Of a stretch of DNA of 64,000 bases, positions 10,688 through 24,112 are shown piece after piece. Within the stretch, counting starts at the first letter, position 1. Each line of letters begins with the position of its first letter. This DNA is from Geosiphon pyriformis uo1. Lineage: Eukaryota; Fungi; Glomeromycota. The notes under the pieces were generated by a model, which ran no database searches, had not been told where the DNA came from, and saw nothing but the letters and a program-made list of their open reading frames with translations. Made by a program: the position numbers and the translations under genes. The stretch lies in assembly GCA_016748015.1 (NCBI GenBank), contig JAAOMT010000571.1:124001-188000 (forward strand), written 5' to 3'.

Positions 10688-13600
10688 CCGCATCAACAAT
10701 TATCTTTTTGGAAACTACAATATTTCAGAAGTTAAAAGCAATCTCTACAATAATCTAGTGCATTATTCACATTTGAGAACAGAAGACCTGAACAGTGAAA
10801 CACTTGCTACCTACTTCCAAGAACTTAATTTTAATATTATTAAGTATTGTGAAGAAAAATACCCAGTACAATCTAAATACTCTTTTGACTTTAAATCAGA
10901 GACAGAAACAAGCAATAAAGGCAAACAAAGATTGAAGCAATACTCAAGAACCACTCCAAACACTCTAACACTACAAAAGACAATTGCCAAACACTTGCAA
11001 ACACCTGAACAAAGAACCAGTGTCAAATTACCACTTTCTATTACACCATTTCCAATTTCACTTGTTTAACCACAAACACCAAGTTCACCACTTAGCCATT
11101 TCTCCAGACCAGAAGATTTTCAGTCACCTAGAAATCCTACTCAACAGCAGGAACCAATATCAACAAGTGCCAATATCATTGATTACTTACAGGAAAACGA
11201 AAGTAATCATTCAGAAAGCTTGGAAAGTAAGGAAACTGAATCAGAACCAGAAGAATTTCCAGAAAACGAAGAAGAAATGGCAACTGCTTACATTGCAAAA
11301 ATTCCAGAATTCACTGGTGAAGACAATGATACCAGTCCCCAAAAATGGCTTGACAAAGTTCAAAAAGCAGGAGATGCAAATAGTTGGATTGCAGCAAGAA
11401 TGCTCAAAGCAATTCCCTACTTTCTCCAAAAAACAGCAGGAGAATGGTTTGAAAATTTAGAAGAACCATTTGAAAACTGGCAAGCATTCAAAAATGCTTT
11501 TCTACAACAATTCACCGACAACAATACCTCTATCACTCTCAGAAACCGCTTTTGCAATATCAAACAAAAAACATCTGAATCTGTTATGATCTATCTTGGA
11601 AGATTTAACAAACTTCTCAGACAAATCCGACAATTGGAAACCAATGACTACTATTCTGATGCTCAAATTTTGGATTAGTTTATAGCAGGGTTAAAAGACA
11701 AACTGATTAAGAAAGTCCATCCACATGCTCTAGCAGACTTAGCAACTGCTATTAGACAGGCAAAGAGCTATGAAATGGCAATGGAAGAAGCAAATTACAC
11801 CAAGCTTGTAAATTTTGCAATTGGAGAAACCAGCTCAGCAGCTGAAAAGAAGATAGACCAACTCACAAAAAAAGTTGAAAGCTATTTCACAAACCAACAA
11901 CAACAGCCACAACAACCACAAAGATATCAACCCTCACAACGATACAACCAAAACAATTTTGGATCTTCATCCAACAACCAATCTCAAAATTGTTATTATT
12001 GTGGAATTCCATGACACTGGAAACAAGATTGTAGGAAATTACAAAGAAATCAACAAAACAGGAGTAATCAACATTACTCTTCACCACAACAATCCTATTA
12101 TCAATCTCCACTACCAACTTATTATTTACCAAGGCCACAAAATCAAAACAGTTACTATCCACCAGCTCCACAATCAATGCAGCAACAATATCAGCAACCT
12201 TTACCAATTCAGCCATATCAGACACCACCCACTCAACAATATCCAGTACCAGCAAGAAGATTGGTTCAACATAACCAATCCACATCCCAAAATCAATTGC
12301 AGAATAACCACAACAGAATCAATTCAAATAACCAGTTGGTTCTCCGAAATTTGGGCCAGCAAAAACCCAATCACTATTACACTCAACCCAGTTATTTTAC
12401 AATACCAGAGGAATCGGATTTTCAACAAACTGCACTTTCTGAAGGTGAAATTGCAGCACCAAGATCAAACTCTTCCAACCATATCATTCCTCCAGCTCAA
12501 ATTGCCCAAAATGCTAATTTGTCAGATATATTTCCATTTGAATTTGAGGCAAATGAATCATCATTTCTGCTTAGTAATGCAGCAGTCAATGAACAAAAAG
12601 CAATTACTGCTATGTACACAGAAGCTACAGTAGAAAGAAAACCCATTCACTTAATCTTAGATAGTGGATCAGCTGGAAGTATTATCACTTACCAGCTGAT
12701 GCAACAATTCAAACAAAATGTAGACAGACCAGCTCAAACAGTTATTGTTACAGCTGATGGTATGAAGAAGACTCCAATAAGAGAAATTGATGATTTCCCT
12801 TTTTCAATTAATGAAATCACCATTCCAGTTAAAGTTCTTGTTATGGATGCACTCTAATACCAAGCTCTAGTCGGAAATGATTGACTTCTCAAGGCCAATG
12901 CAAATCTGAACTGGGAAACTCAAGAACTTAAAATCTCATACCAAGAACAATATACCATAGTACCTGCAACCTGTGGTACTTTTAACAAACAATCAAAAAA
13001 AGCTTCAGTATTTGAATTTGAAGAGGAGAAAGAAATGCCACTTACTGAAACCTACATGGCTCTTGGATCAACATCCAATTGGGCTGAAAAAACCAAACAA
13101 GAGATTTTCAAAGAATTAAGGGGATGGAAGAAAGTTAGATATTTTACACCAGAACCACAGAAACAACCACTCTATATTCCACTCAAATGCAAAGATTGCA
13201 ACAAAAAACTTTCATCAATGGGAGCATGTATTTTTCCAGAAGAGGAATATGAAACTCGTACCTGTTACTTTTGCAAAGCATGCCATAGAGAACGATTTGG
13301 ATCTTCAAAAAGAAGTGGAAAATGGGACAACACACTTTGCCTTACATGTAAAGAAATACTACCAAAAGAATGCAATTGGATTGATGTAGCAATGAGAGGA
13401 GAAGTATGTGATCAAACCTGTCAATATGCTCTATCAATTTTGGAAAAAGTCAGAAGAGGAACACCATTTGATGCAGCATACAACAGTGCTTTCAATAAAC
13501 TTTACCACTACCCTCATGATGCTGAAATAATTTTTGACTTAGCAATGGCATTAATTAATGGAGCCACTCAAGAAGATGTCTGCCAAATGAAAGAAGCTGA

Positions 13601-13866
13601 ATATATTGAGTACACTATAGAATTAGCTGGATTTGATTATGAAGATGAAGTAGAAATCTACCACCAAATTGCAAGCCACACATATCCGACCAAAGAAGCT
13701 CAAATTCAATAATTAGAGCAAATGAACATTCAATTGTGTGAAGAATGTGTTATGCCTTGTAATGACCAATGGTGTTTAGAATGTTATGCTCTTAGCATTT
13801 CTCTGCCAGATGAGAATAATGAAAATGAAATCGAATTTGGAGTATCTGAACAAGTAGAAGAACTAC
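10688..13866 (+). pseudogene. Element B gag-pol, first part (5'-truncated Gag, protease, Cys-rich domain)
   Basis: ORFs 10758, 11220, 11775, 12177, 13035 and 13722 are all in one frame. Motifs MATAYIAKIPEFTG, CYYCGIP*HWKQDC, LILDSGSAGS, CKDCNKK..CYFCKAC. Confidence 0.92.
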
Positions 13867-14169
13867 TGTTACGGGATGGTTTTCTTGTTATATTTAATTG
13901 CTGATATCCCACTTTAATTGCAATCAGTCTTTCGTGAGTTCCTCAATTCTATTTGTGTGATAATGTCACTGTTACACTGAAGGCTTTCTTTTTACTGTTG
14001 TGATGTAAGTTATTCTTTAATTCTTAATTGTTGTGTGTGTTTATGTACTCCTTCTCAGAGGCTGAACTGAAATCTACCCACTGTTTGGGGTCTTCTTTGA
14101 GGCTATCCTTGCAATTGCCTGATGTGTTTCTCTAATCTAGAAACACAAAATGTTAATGGTCTTTAGCGC
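13867..14169 (-). repeat. 3' LTR of element C (only ~300 bp assembled)
   Basis: Matches 19350-19652 with about a dozen differences, all transitions. Cut off by the adapter sequence. Confidence 0.9.
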
Positions 14170-14188
14170 CTGTCTCTTATACACATCT
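14170..14188 (+). other. Tn5/Nextera mosaic-end adapter (assembly artefact)
   Basis: Exact 19-mer CTGTCTCTTATACACATCT joining LTR sequence to the RT coding region. Confidence 0.95.
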
Positions 14189-17100
14189 AATTAAGGGGTT
14201 TGGCGATGTTTGAAAAGTTTTCTATAAAGCAGCGGTAGTAAGATGCGAGTCCTAAAAAGCTTCTAACTTCTGAAACGTTTCGAGGTACTGGAAAATTTTT
14301 CACTTTGTCTATTTTTGATGGATCTGGTTTTATTCCATCTTTTCTAACTACGTGTCCTAAAAATGCTAGCTCATTTTTCCCAAAGAAACATTTTTCTAGA
14401 TTTAGTTTAAGTCCAGCGTGTCTCAATCTCTTAAAAACTTGTTGTAAATGTTGGAGATGATCCGTGAATTTTAACGAGAAAACATTTGTATTATCCAAGT
14501 AAACAACAACGGATTGCCACAGGATTCCAGAGTAAATTACATCCATTAGTCTTTGGAATGTTGCAGAAGCGTTTGTTAATCTAAATGGCATTACATTGAA
14601 CTCATAATTGCCATTTTGTGTTGTGAATGCTGTTTTATGCCTGTCCTTTGGGTCCATTTCCACTTGCCAGTACTCACTGGTCAAGTCCAGTGTAGAAAAC
14701 CATTTTGCTCCTCCAAAAACGTCGAAGATTTCGTCAATTAACGGTATTGGGTATGAGTCTTTGGTTGTTTTGCTGTTTAGTTTGCAATAGTCGACGCGAA
14801 ATCTAATTTTTCTATTCTTTTTCCTTACTAAAACAACTGGTGAGGACCATGGGCTCATTGATGATTGTATTATTCCTTTTTCCAACATGCTTTGGACTTC
14901 TTCTCTGATAAAATTATGCTCCATTGGTGGGACACGGTAAGCACGTTGTTTTTCAGGTCTGGCGTCTCCAGTGGGGATTTGGTGTTGAACCAAGTTGGTT
15001 CTTCCAAATTCGCCATTTCTTGAAAATATATCAGAGTATTTTAAAATTAATGCTTTTAATTGTCGCTGTTGGTCGGGATCCATTGTTCTAATGTTTAATT
15101 TGGCCAATTCTTCTGGCGTAAATTGATAGCATTCTACTGGTTGTTGCCAATTTATTGAAGTGAGTTCACAGTAGAGGGCAATTTCTGGGAAATTTAGAAT
15201 TTCTTGTGGTGTTGACGCGTTTTCTAGCTCCGTTCCGAAGTATCCAATGATGGTATCTTCCGGAATGTAGACGGGTTCTTCTGTGGTGTTTGCGATAAGA
15301 ATTTTTATCCATTGAGCTTTATCAGCTGGAATAAAAAGGTTAGTAAGTCCTATGAGAAACTGTTGACAAGTTTCTGGGTAGGGCTCAAATATTAGGTCTT
15401 TTTCTTTAATTGTTCTTTTTATTCTTATTTCTGATTTTCCATATGGTAGGAGCGTGATGGACTGCTCATTTTTAATTACTTCGCCTTTTTCCTCTATTGT
15501 TTCAGCGAAATTTGCTTCAATTCCTTTTCCTGTCGATCCAAAACCAAAAGTTCCTCTCGTTGTTTGTGACAATTCCTCACGATTTTCCACTGGCACGAAT
15601 TTCCCAATTTTTACCAATGGTAGGAAAATTGCTTGTACAATCTTTTCCTTAGATTCAATGGTATAAGGCTTTTCTGAATTGTTCTGTAGCAAAACCATCA
15701 AATTTCCAGTGTATCTGGAGTCAATTACTCCTCCTTGAACGCTTATTCCTTTTTTCGCGAGGCTTGATCGCGATGCCATTTAAACCATTATTCCTGGCGG
15801 AATTTCAACCGCTATTTTTAGGTCGATTTTGGTGATGCTCCTGGGTGGTAACGTTGTGGATTGGTCTTCCGGATAACGTAGATCGAATCCGGTGTCAGTT
15901 GGATGGACTTTTTCGGGTATTATTCCTAAGTGCCCGTTGTCGAAGTATCAGATGTCGGTCACCTGTTCTAGGTCGGTATAGGCTACAAATTTTTCTGACT
16001 CAGGATCATCAGATGAGTCTTGTTGATTTATTGATTGATTTTGAGACTGCTGATTCTCAATTTCCATTTTTCTTTCTAAGTCCCTTTCGTCTTGACACTC
16101 TTCACAGCACTGACTTTGGCACGGAATGAGACAGTTTTCGCAGAGGTAAGTGTTGATTTGGGCGAGGTATTGTTTTTGCTCTTGTTGAGTGAGGCATAGT
16201 TGTTGGTAGTAGTCCTGGAATTCGTCCACTGGGTCGAACATGTTGTAGCTGGCGACTTCGTCGGCTACTTCGGCTGACTCTTTCCAATGTCGTATTTCTT
16301 CGGCGGTTCCTCCTCTTACTTTGGCTTGTGCGGTGTTGTACAACTCATCCTCGTCGTGTGGGTAGTGCTGTAGCCTTTTTAACGCTCTGTTGAACACTGC
16401 TTCGAACGGCATTCCTCCTCTTACCCAGTCACAGATGAGGATCATGTATTGGCAAGTTGCGTCACACGTTCCTCCTCTGCCTGGTAAGTCATTCCAGTCG
16501 CACCCTCTTGGTAACGGTTCTCCACAAGCGAGGCACGGTTCCTCGTCCCATTTTCCGTGTCTTTCTGGGTAACCGTATTTTTCTTTGTTACAATGGTTAC
16601 AATAGTAGTGGGTGGGGTTTCTTGGGTTTTTGTCTGGTGCGCTGCACGCAGTCATAGACGAGAGTTTCTTCTTGCAAACTGAGCATTCTAGCTTTGGTCT
16701 GCGTCGCTGGTGGTTTCTTCGTGAACTTACCTGGTTCCATTCGGATCTTTCTTCACTGGTCCACGTTGGTACGGCTGGTAGTCCTGTTCTTTGGTCATCA
16801 GCCCAAAAGAGCTGATAGGTTTCGATGGCTGGTAGTGCTGGATTTTCCTCAAATTCAAAGGTAGGTCTTTGGTTGGCGCTGGGTTTTTGGAAGTGGCCAC
16901 AGGTGGCTGGAATTTTGGCCTGGTGGCCATTATAATTGATCAGAAGCTCTTGGGTGGTCCAGTCTAGGGTGGCGTTGGCTTTTGTTAGCCAGTCATTTCC
17001 TACTAACGCTTGATATTGTGTAGCGTCTATTACTAATACTTTTGTAGGTATTACTATGCCGTTAATTTCGAAAGGGAATGAGTCAATTTTGCCATAAGGC

Positions 17101-19267
17101 AGCTTTGTACTTCTATCGGCTGTTATGATTTGGGACGTCGCGGCATGATCAACTTTGAAACCCAGTTGGTTTACTAGTTGAAGCGTTATGATGCTTCCAG
17201 CGGATCCGCTGTCTAAGATAAGTTTGATTGGGGTATTGTTTACAGTGGCTTCCGTATACATAGCAGTGATTGGGCGTTTTTCGTCCAATGCTGCTCCACT
17301 GAACATAGCCTCGTTTTCCTCTAATTCAAAAGGAAAAATAGCTGNNNNNNNNNNNNNNNNNNNNGTTTTCCGGTATATTAAGGTAAGTTTGTTGATAATT
17401 TTGGTAGTTTGGATTGGTTTGCTGATTGGTTCCGGCGCAGTTTGGATTCCTCTGGACCAACGCGTTCTGGTTCTACATGGGCTGATTTTGGGCCTCGGGA
17501 CGCCAATTCGGGTTGGCTATCATGGGCTGTTGCTGGTAAGCTCCTTGATTTTGATACGTGGTGGGATATTGGCGTGGTATTGGCATGTACTGGTTTCTGG
17601 ACATTTGGGGTGGCGCGTAGTAATTATTTTCGCATGCTTCCTGCATCATTCGCGTTTGACATTGACTAATCAAATGTCCTACGCATTTGCAAAAAATGGC
17701 AGACGCGTGTTTCTGTTCTGAATTCCTGGCGCGACGGGCGATTATTTCGACTGTCACTGACTTCCTGGCTGCGTTTTTGGAGTGGTTGGTATGTATTTTT
17801 TCTCGGATTCGGGATGAGGTAACTTTCTATTTTCTTAGAGAGTTCCTCCCCTAATCGCGTTACTCTTTTCTCTAATGTTTCTGTCTTATTTTCCTCCATT
17901 ATCATGTTAACCATTTGACTATGGTTAGCTTCTTTCTCAGCCGATTCAAGGGCTCTGGCGAGCGTAACGGCTTCTGGTAAGGAATTAGGGTGGGCAGGGC
18001 GTACTCTTCCTAAAATACTGCTTTTTAATCCTCTAATAAACTGATTTAAAACCTGAGAATCAGTGTAGTATCTTTGTTCAATCGCTTCAATCTGACGGCA
18101 AATTCGATTGAATCGAGCAAGGTATTGGGTGACAGTTTCACTGGTATTTTGCTTGATAGTATTGAATTCGTTCTGTAGTTGGATTACGGTGTTTGGGTCG
18201 CTAAAATACTCCAGGAGTGCATTTTTAAATTCGGCGAAGCTCATGGGTTTTGTTTCCAGGCTTTGATACCACGAGTTGGCTGTGCCTTTCAGGAAGAAAG
18301 GTAATGTTTGAATTGCTCTTTGGTCATTCCAGTTATTTGCCTGGATGGCTTTTTGTGCTTCTCTGAGCCATGTGTGCACGTCTGTTTCTTCTTCCTCTCC
18401 TGAGAAATCTGTTAGTCTTGCAATGTATGGTGTGGTCATTTCATTGCCGTTTTCTGCTGGTGGGTTTATTGGTTTAAGAGAAGATGGGATGATATTTCCT
18501 TGAGCGTTCCTAAAGATNNNNNNNNNNNNNNNNNNNNNNNNNNNNNNNNNNNNNNNNNNNNNNNNNNNNNNNNNNNNNNNNNNNNNNNNNNNNNNNNNNN
18601 NNNNNNNNNNNNNNNNNNNNNNNNNNNNNNNNNNNNNNNNNNNNNNNNNNNNNNNNNNNNNNNNNNNNNNNNNNNNNNNNNNNNNNNNNNNNNNNNNNNN
18701 NNNNNNNNNNNNNNNNNNNNNNNNNNNNNNNNNNNNNNNNNNNNNNNNNNNNNNNNNNNNNNNNNNNNNNNNNNNNNNNNNNNNNNNNNNNNNNNNNNNN
18801 NNNNNNNNNNNNNNNNNNNNNNNNNNNNNNNNNNNNNNNNNNNNNNNNNNNNNNNNNNNNNNNNNNNNNNNNNNNNNNNNNNNNNNNNNNNNNNNNNNNN
18901 NNNNNNNNNNNNNNNNNNNNNNNNNNNNNNNNNNNNNNNNNNNNNNNNNNNNNNNNNNNNNNNNNNNNNNNNNNNNNNNNNNNNNNNNNNNNNNNNNNNN
19001 NNNNNNNNNNNNNNNNNNNNNNNNNNNNNNNTCTATTACTGCTACTTCTTTTGTAGTGTATTGTGATAATTCTCTATACAATCCAAGTTTTGCGTCGTGT
19101 GGTTCTTCTTCCTTTCCTATATGATAATTTATTCTGGCGTTGATATAATAAGTGAAGGCAGATTCTGCTGGACAACACCCTTCTGGTAATCCAAAATCAC
19201 TTTGATTTTGTGTGTAAATAGCACGGCAGAATTCAAGAACAGTAAGATTAGGGGTTTTTGTTGCCAC
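14189..19267 (-). pseudogene. Element C Gag-PR-Cys-rich-dUTPase-RT (RNase H and integrase missing from the assembly)
   Basis: MTTPYIARLTDFSG capsid start, CHF/CKCVGHLISQC knuckle (frameshifted), LILDSGSAGS, ASRSSLAKKG..GGVIDSRYTG..RGTFGFGSTG, SPWSSPVVLV..YLDNT..SFLGLASYYR. Confidence 0.92.
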
Positions 19268-19338
19268 TTTTGTCTTTTCCTTTTTAGCAATGAATTATTG
19301 CTAATTATTATTTCCTTTTTGATTTTCTTTCCTCGTAA

Positions 19339-19349
19339 AGTTCACCAAA
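19339..19349 (-). promoter_or_regulatory. Primer-binding site of element C (TTTGGTGAACT)
   Basis: TGG 2 nt inside the 5' LTR boundary. It differs from the A/D PBS. Confidence 0.75.
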
Positions 19350-20206
19350 TGTTACGGGATGGTTTTCTTGTTATATTTAATTGCTGATATCCCATTTTAA
19401 TTGCAATCAGTCTTTCGTGAGTTCCTCAATTCTATTTGTGTGATAATGTCACTGTTACACTGAAGGCTTTCTTTTTACTGTTGCAATGTAAGTTATTCTT
19501 TAATTCTTGATTGTTGTGTGTGTTTATGTACTCCTTCTCAGAGGCTGAACTGAAATCTACCTACTGTCTGAGGTCTTCTCTGAGGCTATCCTTGCAATTG
19601 TCTAATGTGTTTCTCTAATCTAGAAACACAGAATGTTAATGGTCTTTAGCACTTTTCTAATTCTCACAATAAAGCTTTTATCAATTAGTAACAACGTGAA
19701 TAATCTTGATCAAGGATTATTCTTCCAAGGGTTTCAGTTGATGAATGATAGTTTCATTCAATAAATAATACAAGTAAGTTTCTTAATACTTTGGGTTGTG
19801 ATAGTTCAGTTTTAAATATTTCTTTTTGATTTTTAAAGGTTTCTTGGGATATTTAATTTGAAAGTATGATTTAAAGTGGAGTTTGTTGGATAAAATTGGA
19901 TCTATTGCTTGATAAGTTATGATTTTTATTACTTAATTGATCCTTTCCCAATATTAAAACTACTGTATATATACATGTTTGTAGTTCTATGAGAAAATAC
20001 TTTCTTTTTGATATTTCAACCTGGTGCTTGCTGCTATCACCAGTTGGTGTTGGCTGCTATTGTGAACTGGTGCTTGCCACTATCGCAAGATGGTGTTTGC
20101 TATTATGTTAATCATTACCTTTCTAAGATTATTACTGTGCTATATTATGATTGAATAGTTTGTATTATTTTTATGATTCTTTTTGCTAAATTCTTAAACT
20201 GTAACA
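19350..20206 (-). repeat. 5' LTR of element C (857 bp), with ~24-bp imperfect tandem repeats at ~20020-20105
   Basis: TGTTAC/GTAACA inverted ends. Repeats of TGGTG(C/T)T(T/G)GC(T/C)(G/A)CTAT. Confidence 0.92.
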
Positions 20207-20210
20207 CTAC

Positions 20211-22527
20211 CAACCACTCCCATCTATCTTCTTGAAAAGCAACCACCTCTACAACTTAAATATTTTGACAACCATGACCAAGGAATCAGACCAGAAAAAG
20301 CACACGAAATTGATGCTGAATATGACTTGAGATACCCAAGAAAAAATACTTTGATTCTCCAACCAAAGTCTTTGACAAAAATCAATCTAAAAATTGCTTT
20401 TGAAATTCCACCAGGAGCAATGGTTCAAATTGCCTCCAGATCATTATTGGCAAGCAAAGGAATCAATATTAGAGGAGGAGTTATAGATGCAGGATACACT
20501 GGAGACATTACCATCATGTTACAGAATGAGACAGACAAACCATTCAAAATTAAACATGCTGAAAAAATTGCTCAAGCAATTTACTTACCCTTAATCAACA
20601 TTTCCGGTTTACAATCAGTAAACAACAAAGAACAATTGGGAAAAAGTGAAAGAGGAACTCAAGGTTTTGGGTCAACTGGATGATTTACAGTTCCAGTAAA
20701 CATAGTTCTTAATACACAAAATGAATCTCACCAGATTCTTCAACTTCCTTAGCCAATTACCATTTCACCTTTTGGAGAACATCACGAAATTTACACTTGC
20801 TCAAAACCCACCACTACACAACAAATCTTTGAATCCAATGAACAAATCTGTTTGAAGCATGAAATATCAATTCCAAACGTTTATATTCCTAAAGGAATGA
20901 AAAAATTTGAGTTACATTCTACAACCCCAATCATTACCCTATTGTTTTATTAAACAAATTAGAAATTGGAATCATACACAGCAATATCTTTCAAGATGAA
21001 AACCCTCAAATTGTCTCTAATTTCATCGAAATTATAAAGCACACTCTACTCCCAAATCCAAATATCATTTCCACTACTGAAAACTACCACTTGTTGGAAG
21101 AAAAACTCTCTCGAATTAATATGGGTCCCTTAGAACCTCAACAACAAAGACAATTGAAACAATTGATAGCTGAATTTGCAGATATATTTGCAAAAAACAA
21201 TAATGACTTGGGAAAAACAGACATTGTTCAACATCAGATCCATACAGGAGATGCTCTACCAAAACATCAACAAGCTTATCGAGTGCCACCTGCCAGCCAC
21301 CAATTTATCAGAGAAGAGGTCCAAAGAATGCTCAATAACAGATTGATTCAACCATCAAGAAGTCCTTGGGCCTCACCAGTAGTTTTGGTTAAAAAGAAAA
21401 ACGGAAAAATTAGATTCTGTGTTAATTATAGACAACTGAATAGTGTTACAATTGGAGATGCCTACCCTCTTTCAAGAATTGATGACATGCTAGATGCTTT
21501 GGGAAAAGCCAAGTTCTTTTCAACTTTAGACCTGGAAAGTGGATACTGGCAAGTTAAAATGGACCCAAAAAATAGACCCAAAACAGCATTCACCACTCAA
21601 GAAGGAAATTATGAGTTTAATATTATGCCTTTTGGACTTTGCAATGCACCAGCAACATTTTAGCGGCTCATGGATGTTGTCTATGAAGAGCTCTTGTGGC
21701 AATCAGTAGTTGTTTATCTTGATGATACTGATGTATACTCATCAAGCTTTGAAGCCTATCTCATTCACCTGCGAGAAGTTTTTCAACAATTACGGAAAGC
21801 AGAATTAAAGTTAAATATTGAGAAATGTCACTTTGAAAAAACAAGTTTGATCTTTCTTGGACACATAGTTGGTAAAGATAGAATCAAACCAAATTCAGGA
21901 ACAATCAATGCTGTCAAAAACTTTCAAACCTCCAGAAATACTACAGAACTAAGAGGATTTGTGAGATTAGCCTCTTACTATCGAAAATTCATAAAAGGAT
22001 TCTCAGAAATTGCCAAACCACTTAATTATCTTACCAACAAAAATGTACCATACAAATAGACTGAAGAACAACAAAAAGCTTTTGAAATTCTCAAAACAAA
22101 ATTGACAACAGCCCCAGTTTTTGCTTACCCAGACTTCAACAAACAATTCTAATTAGCCACTGATGCCTCACACATAGCATTTGGTGCCATCTTATCACAA
22201 TTGGATGAAAATGGCCAAGAACAAGTTATTGCTTATGCCAGCAGAACACTCAAGCCAACAGAACTCAAATATGGCTCAACTGAATTAGAAGCTGCTGCAG
22301 TTATTTGGGCTCTTAAACATTTTCAACAATATCTGAAAAATGGAAAAGAATCTGACATAATAACAGACAACATTGGCCTCAAATGGCTCAATAAAAAGAA
22401 AACTGAACAAAGTGCCAAACAGTCTCGATGAAATGACTTCTTAGCAGACTACAGATATATTGTACATTACAAACCAGGAAAACTACATACTAATGTTGAT
22501 AACCTCTCAAGAATGAGACAAGATTAA
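20211..22527 (+). pseudogene. Element B pol, second part (dUTPase, dUTPase-like repeat, RT, RNase H)
   Basis: ASRSLLASKG..GGVIDAGYTG..ERGTQGFGSTG; SPWASPVVLV..YLDDT; LATDAS..VIAYASRTL..NLSRMRQD* (TAA 22525-22527). Confidence 0.92.
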
Positions 22528-22584
22528 TACCAACAACAATTCCACCACAACTTACCAACTTACCAACAAAATAACCAAACAAGA

Positions 22585-23969
22585 ATGGATCCCAGAAACT
22601 ACAGCAATTTTAAAAATTATTTGGAGACTCTTACCATGCCAGAAAACTGGTCTCCAAATGAAAAACACCACTTACAACACCAATCAAAACAATATTTCAT
22701 ACACCAGAACAAAATTTATTATAAAAATTACAAAAAACCAAACCAGCCACTCAGATTAGTACAAGAGAATGAGAAAGAAACAATTTTATACAACATGCAC
22801 ACAGATCTGTCTTCAGCACACTTGGGAAAAGAGGAAACAATTCAAAGAACCCTTGAACATTATTTTTGGCCTCACATGCAAAAAGACATTTGACAATATG
22901 TAGAATCTTGTGATAACTGCCAAAGAAGAGGAGGAACTTGCCCCACAGAACCTTTAAATCCAATCAAAGTTGGACAACCTTTTGACAGAGTTGGAATTGA
23001 TTTAGTCGGACCATTACCTATCACAACCCAAGAAAATCGTTATATTGCAGTTGCAGTGAATTATCTTACCAAATGGCCTGAAGCTAGAGCCATCCAAAGA
23101 GCAGATGCAAAATCAGTAGCAAAATTCATCTATGAAGACATTATCTGTAGACATAGATGCCCAATTGAACTCTTATCTGATTAAGGAACACATTTTGTGA
23201 ACAACTTGATACAAAAAATTTGTAAACAGTTCAATGTCAAAAGACCTTTATCATTACCTTATCACCCTCAAACAAATGAACTTGTAGAACGTTTCAACAG
23301 AACATTGTGTGAATCTTTAGCCAAAGTCTCAACAGACTTTGAACAGGAATGGGATATCTTTATTCCATTAGTGTTACTAGCATACAGAACACTAAAACAA
23401 GATACTATGAAACACACACCATTTGATCTTACTTATGGAAGAACAGCAACATTACCAATTAATTTCACAGTGAAAACATACTCAGTGCAACCAATCAATG
23501 AAGAAAACTTTCAAGAGACACTCCAAAGAAGAGCCTACACTCTTCTTAGTACACTGGAAGGAAAAAGAAGAATAGCAGCAGCTCATATTGAACATTCCCA
23601 AGCTCAACAAAAAGAAAGACATAACAACAAATTACCATCTATTACCAACGAATTTAAAGTTGGAAATAAAGTTCTCTTACACAGAACTAAGGCTGAAAAA
23701 CAATGGAGTGGGAAATTTGAAAAAAATGGGATGGACCATTTTATATTCACAAAATTCCAGCCAATGAATCATATAAGTTAAGACTTGATGACAAAATATT
23801 AGCAAAAGTTGCACATGGAGACAGACTGAAACACTATCAGTTCAGAAACAATCCTGAACCATTGATTCCACAAATTGGTACACATTCCCCTTTAATTAAT
23901 CCTGAAGATATTCCCCGAAATTTAGAACCAATAATTATAATAGAACAACAACCAAACTTGAACACTTAA
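22585..23969 (+). pseudogene. Element B integrase, separate ATG-started ORF, degenerate
   Basis: MDPRNYSNFKNYL..HTD..AHLG..CDNCQR..IDLVGP..YHPQTNELVERFN..GPFY. Confidence 0.9.
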
Positions 23970-24112
23970 AATTTACAATAATTCTCTATTAAAAACACAA
24001 AGACAAAAATAGTAAATAATTACAAAACACCTAAACCCAAAAACAAATAAAAACCCCATATTCAAAAAATAATTTTCTTTATTCTCTCTTTTCATAATTA
24101 GTTAATTTTATC

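Larger units (their letters stand above)
13867..20206 (-). mobile_element. Ty3/gypsy element C, nested antisense in B pol
   Basis: TGTTAC...GTAACA termini. 4-bp TSD CTAC (13863-13866 / 20207-20210). Excision restores the B frame (VEEL-PTTPIY). Confidence 0.93.

Noticed and set aside
14170-14188. Bacterial Tn5/IS50 end or horizontal transfer
   Set aside because: It is the synthetic mosaic end used in Nextera libraries, with no transposase or partner end nearby.
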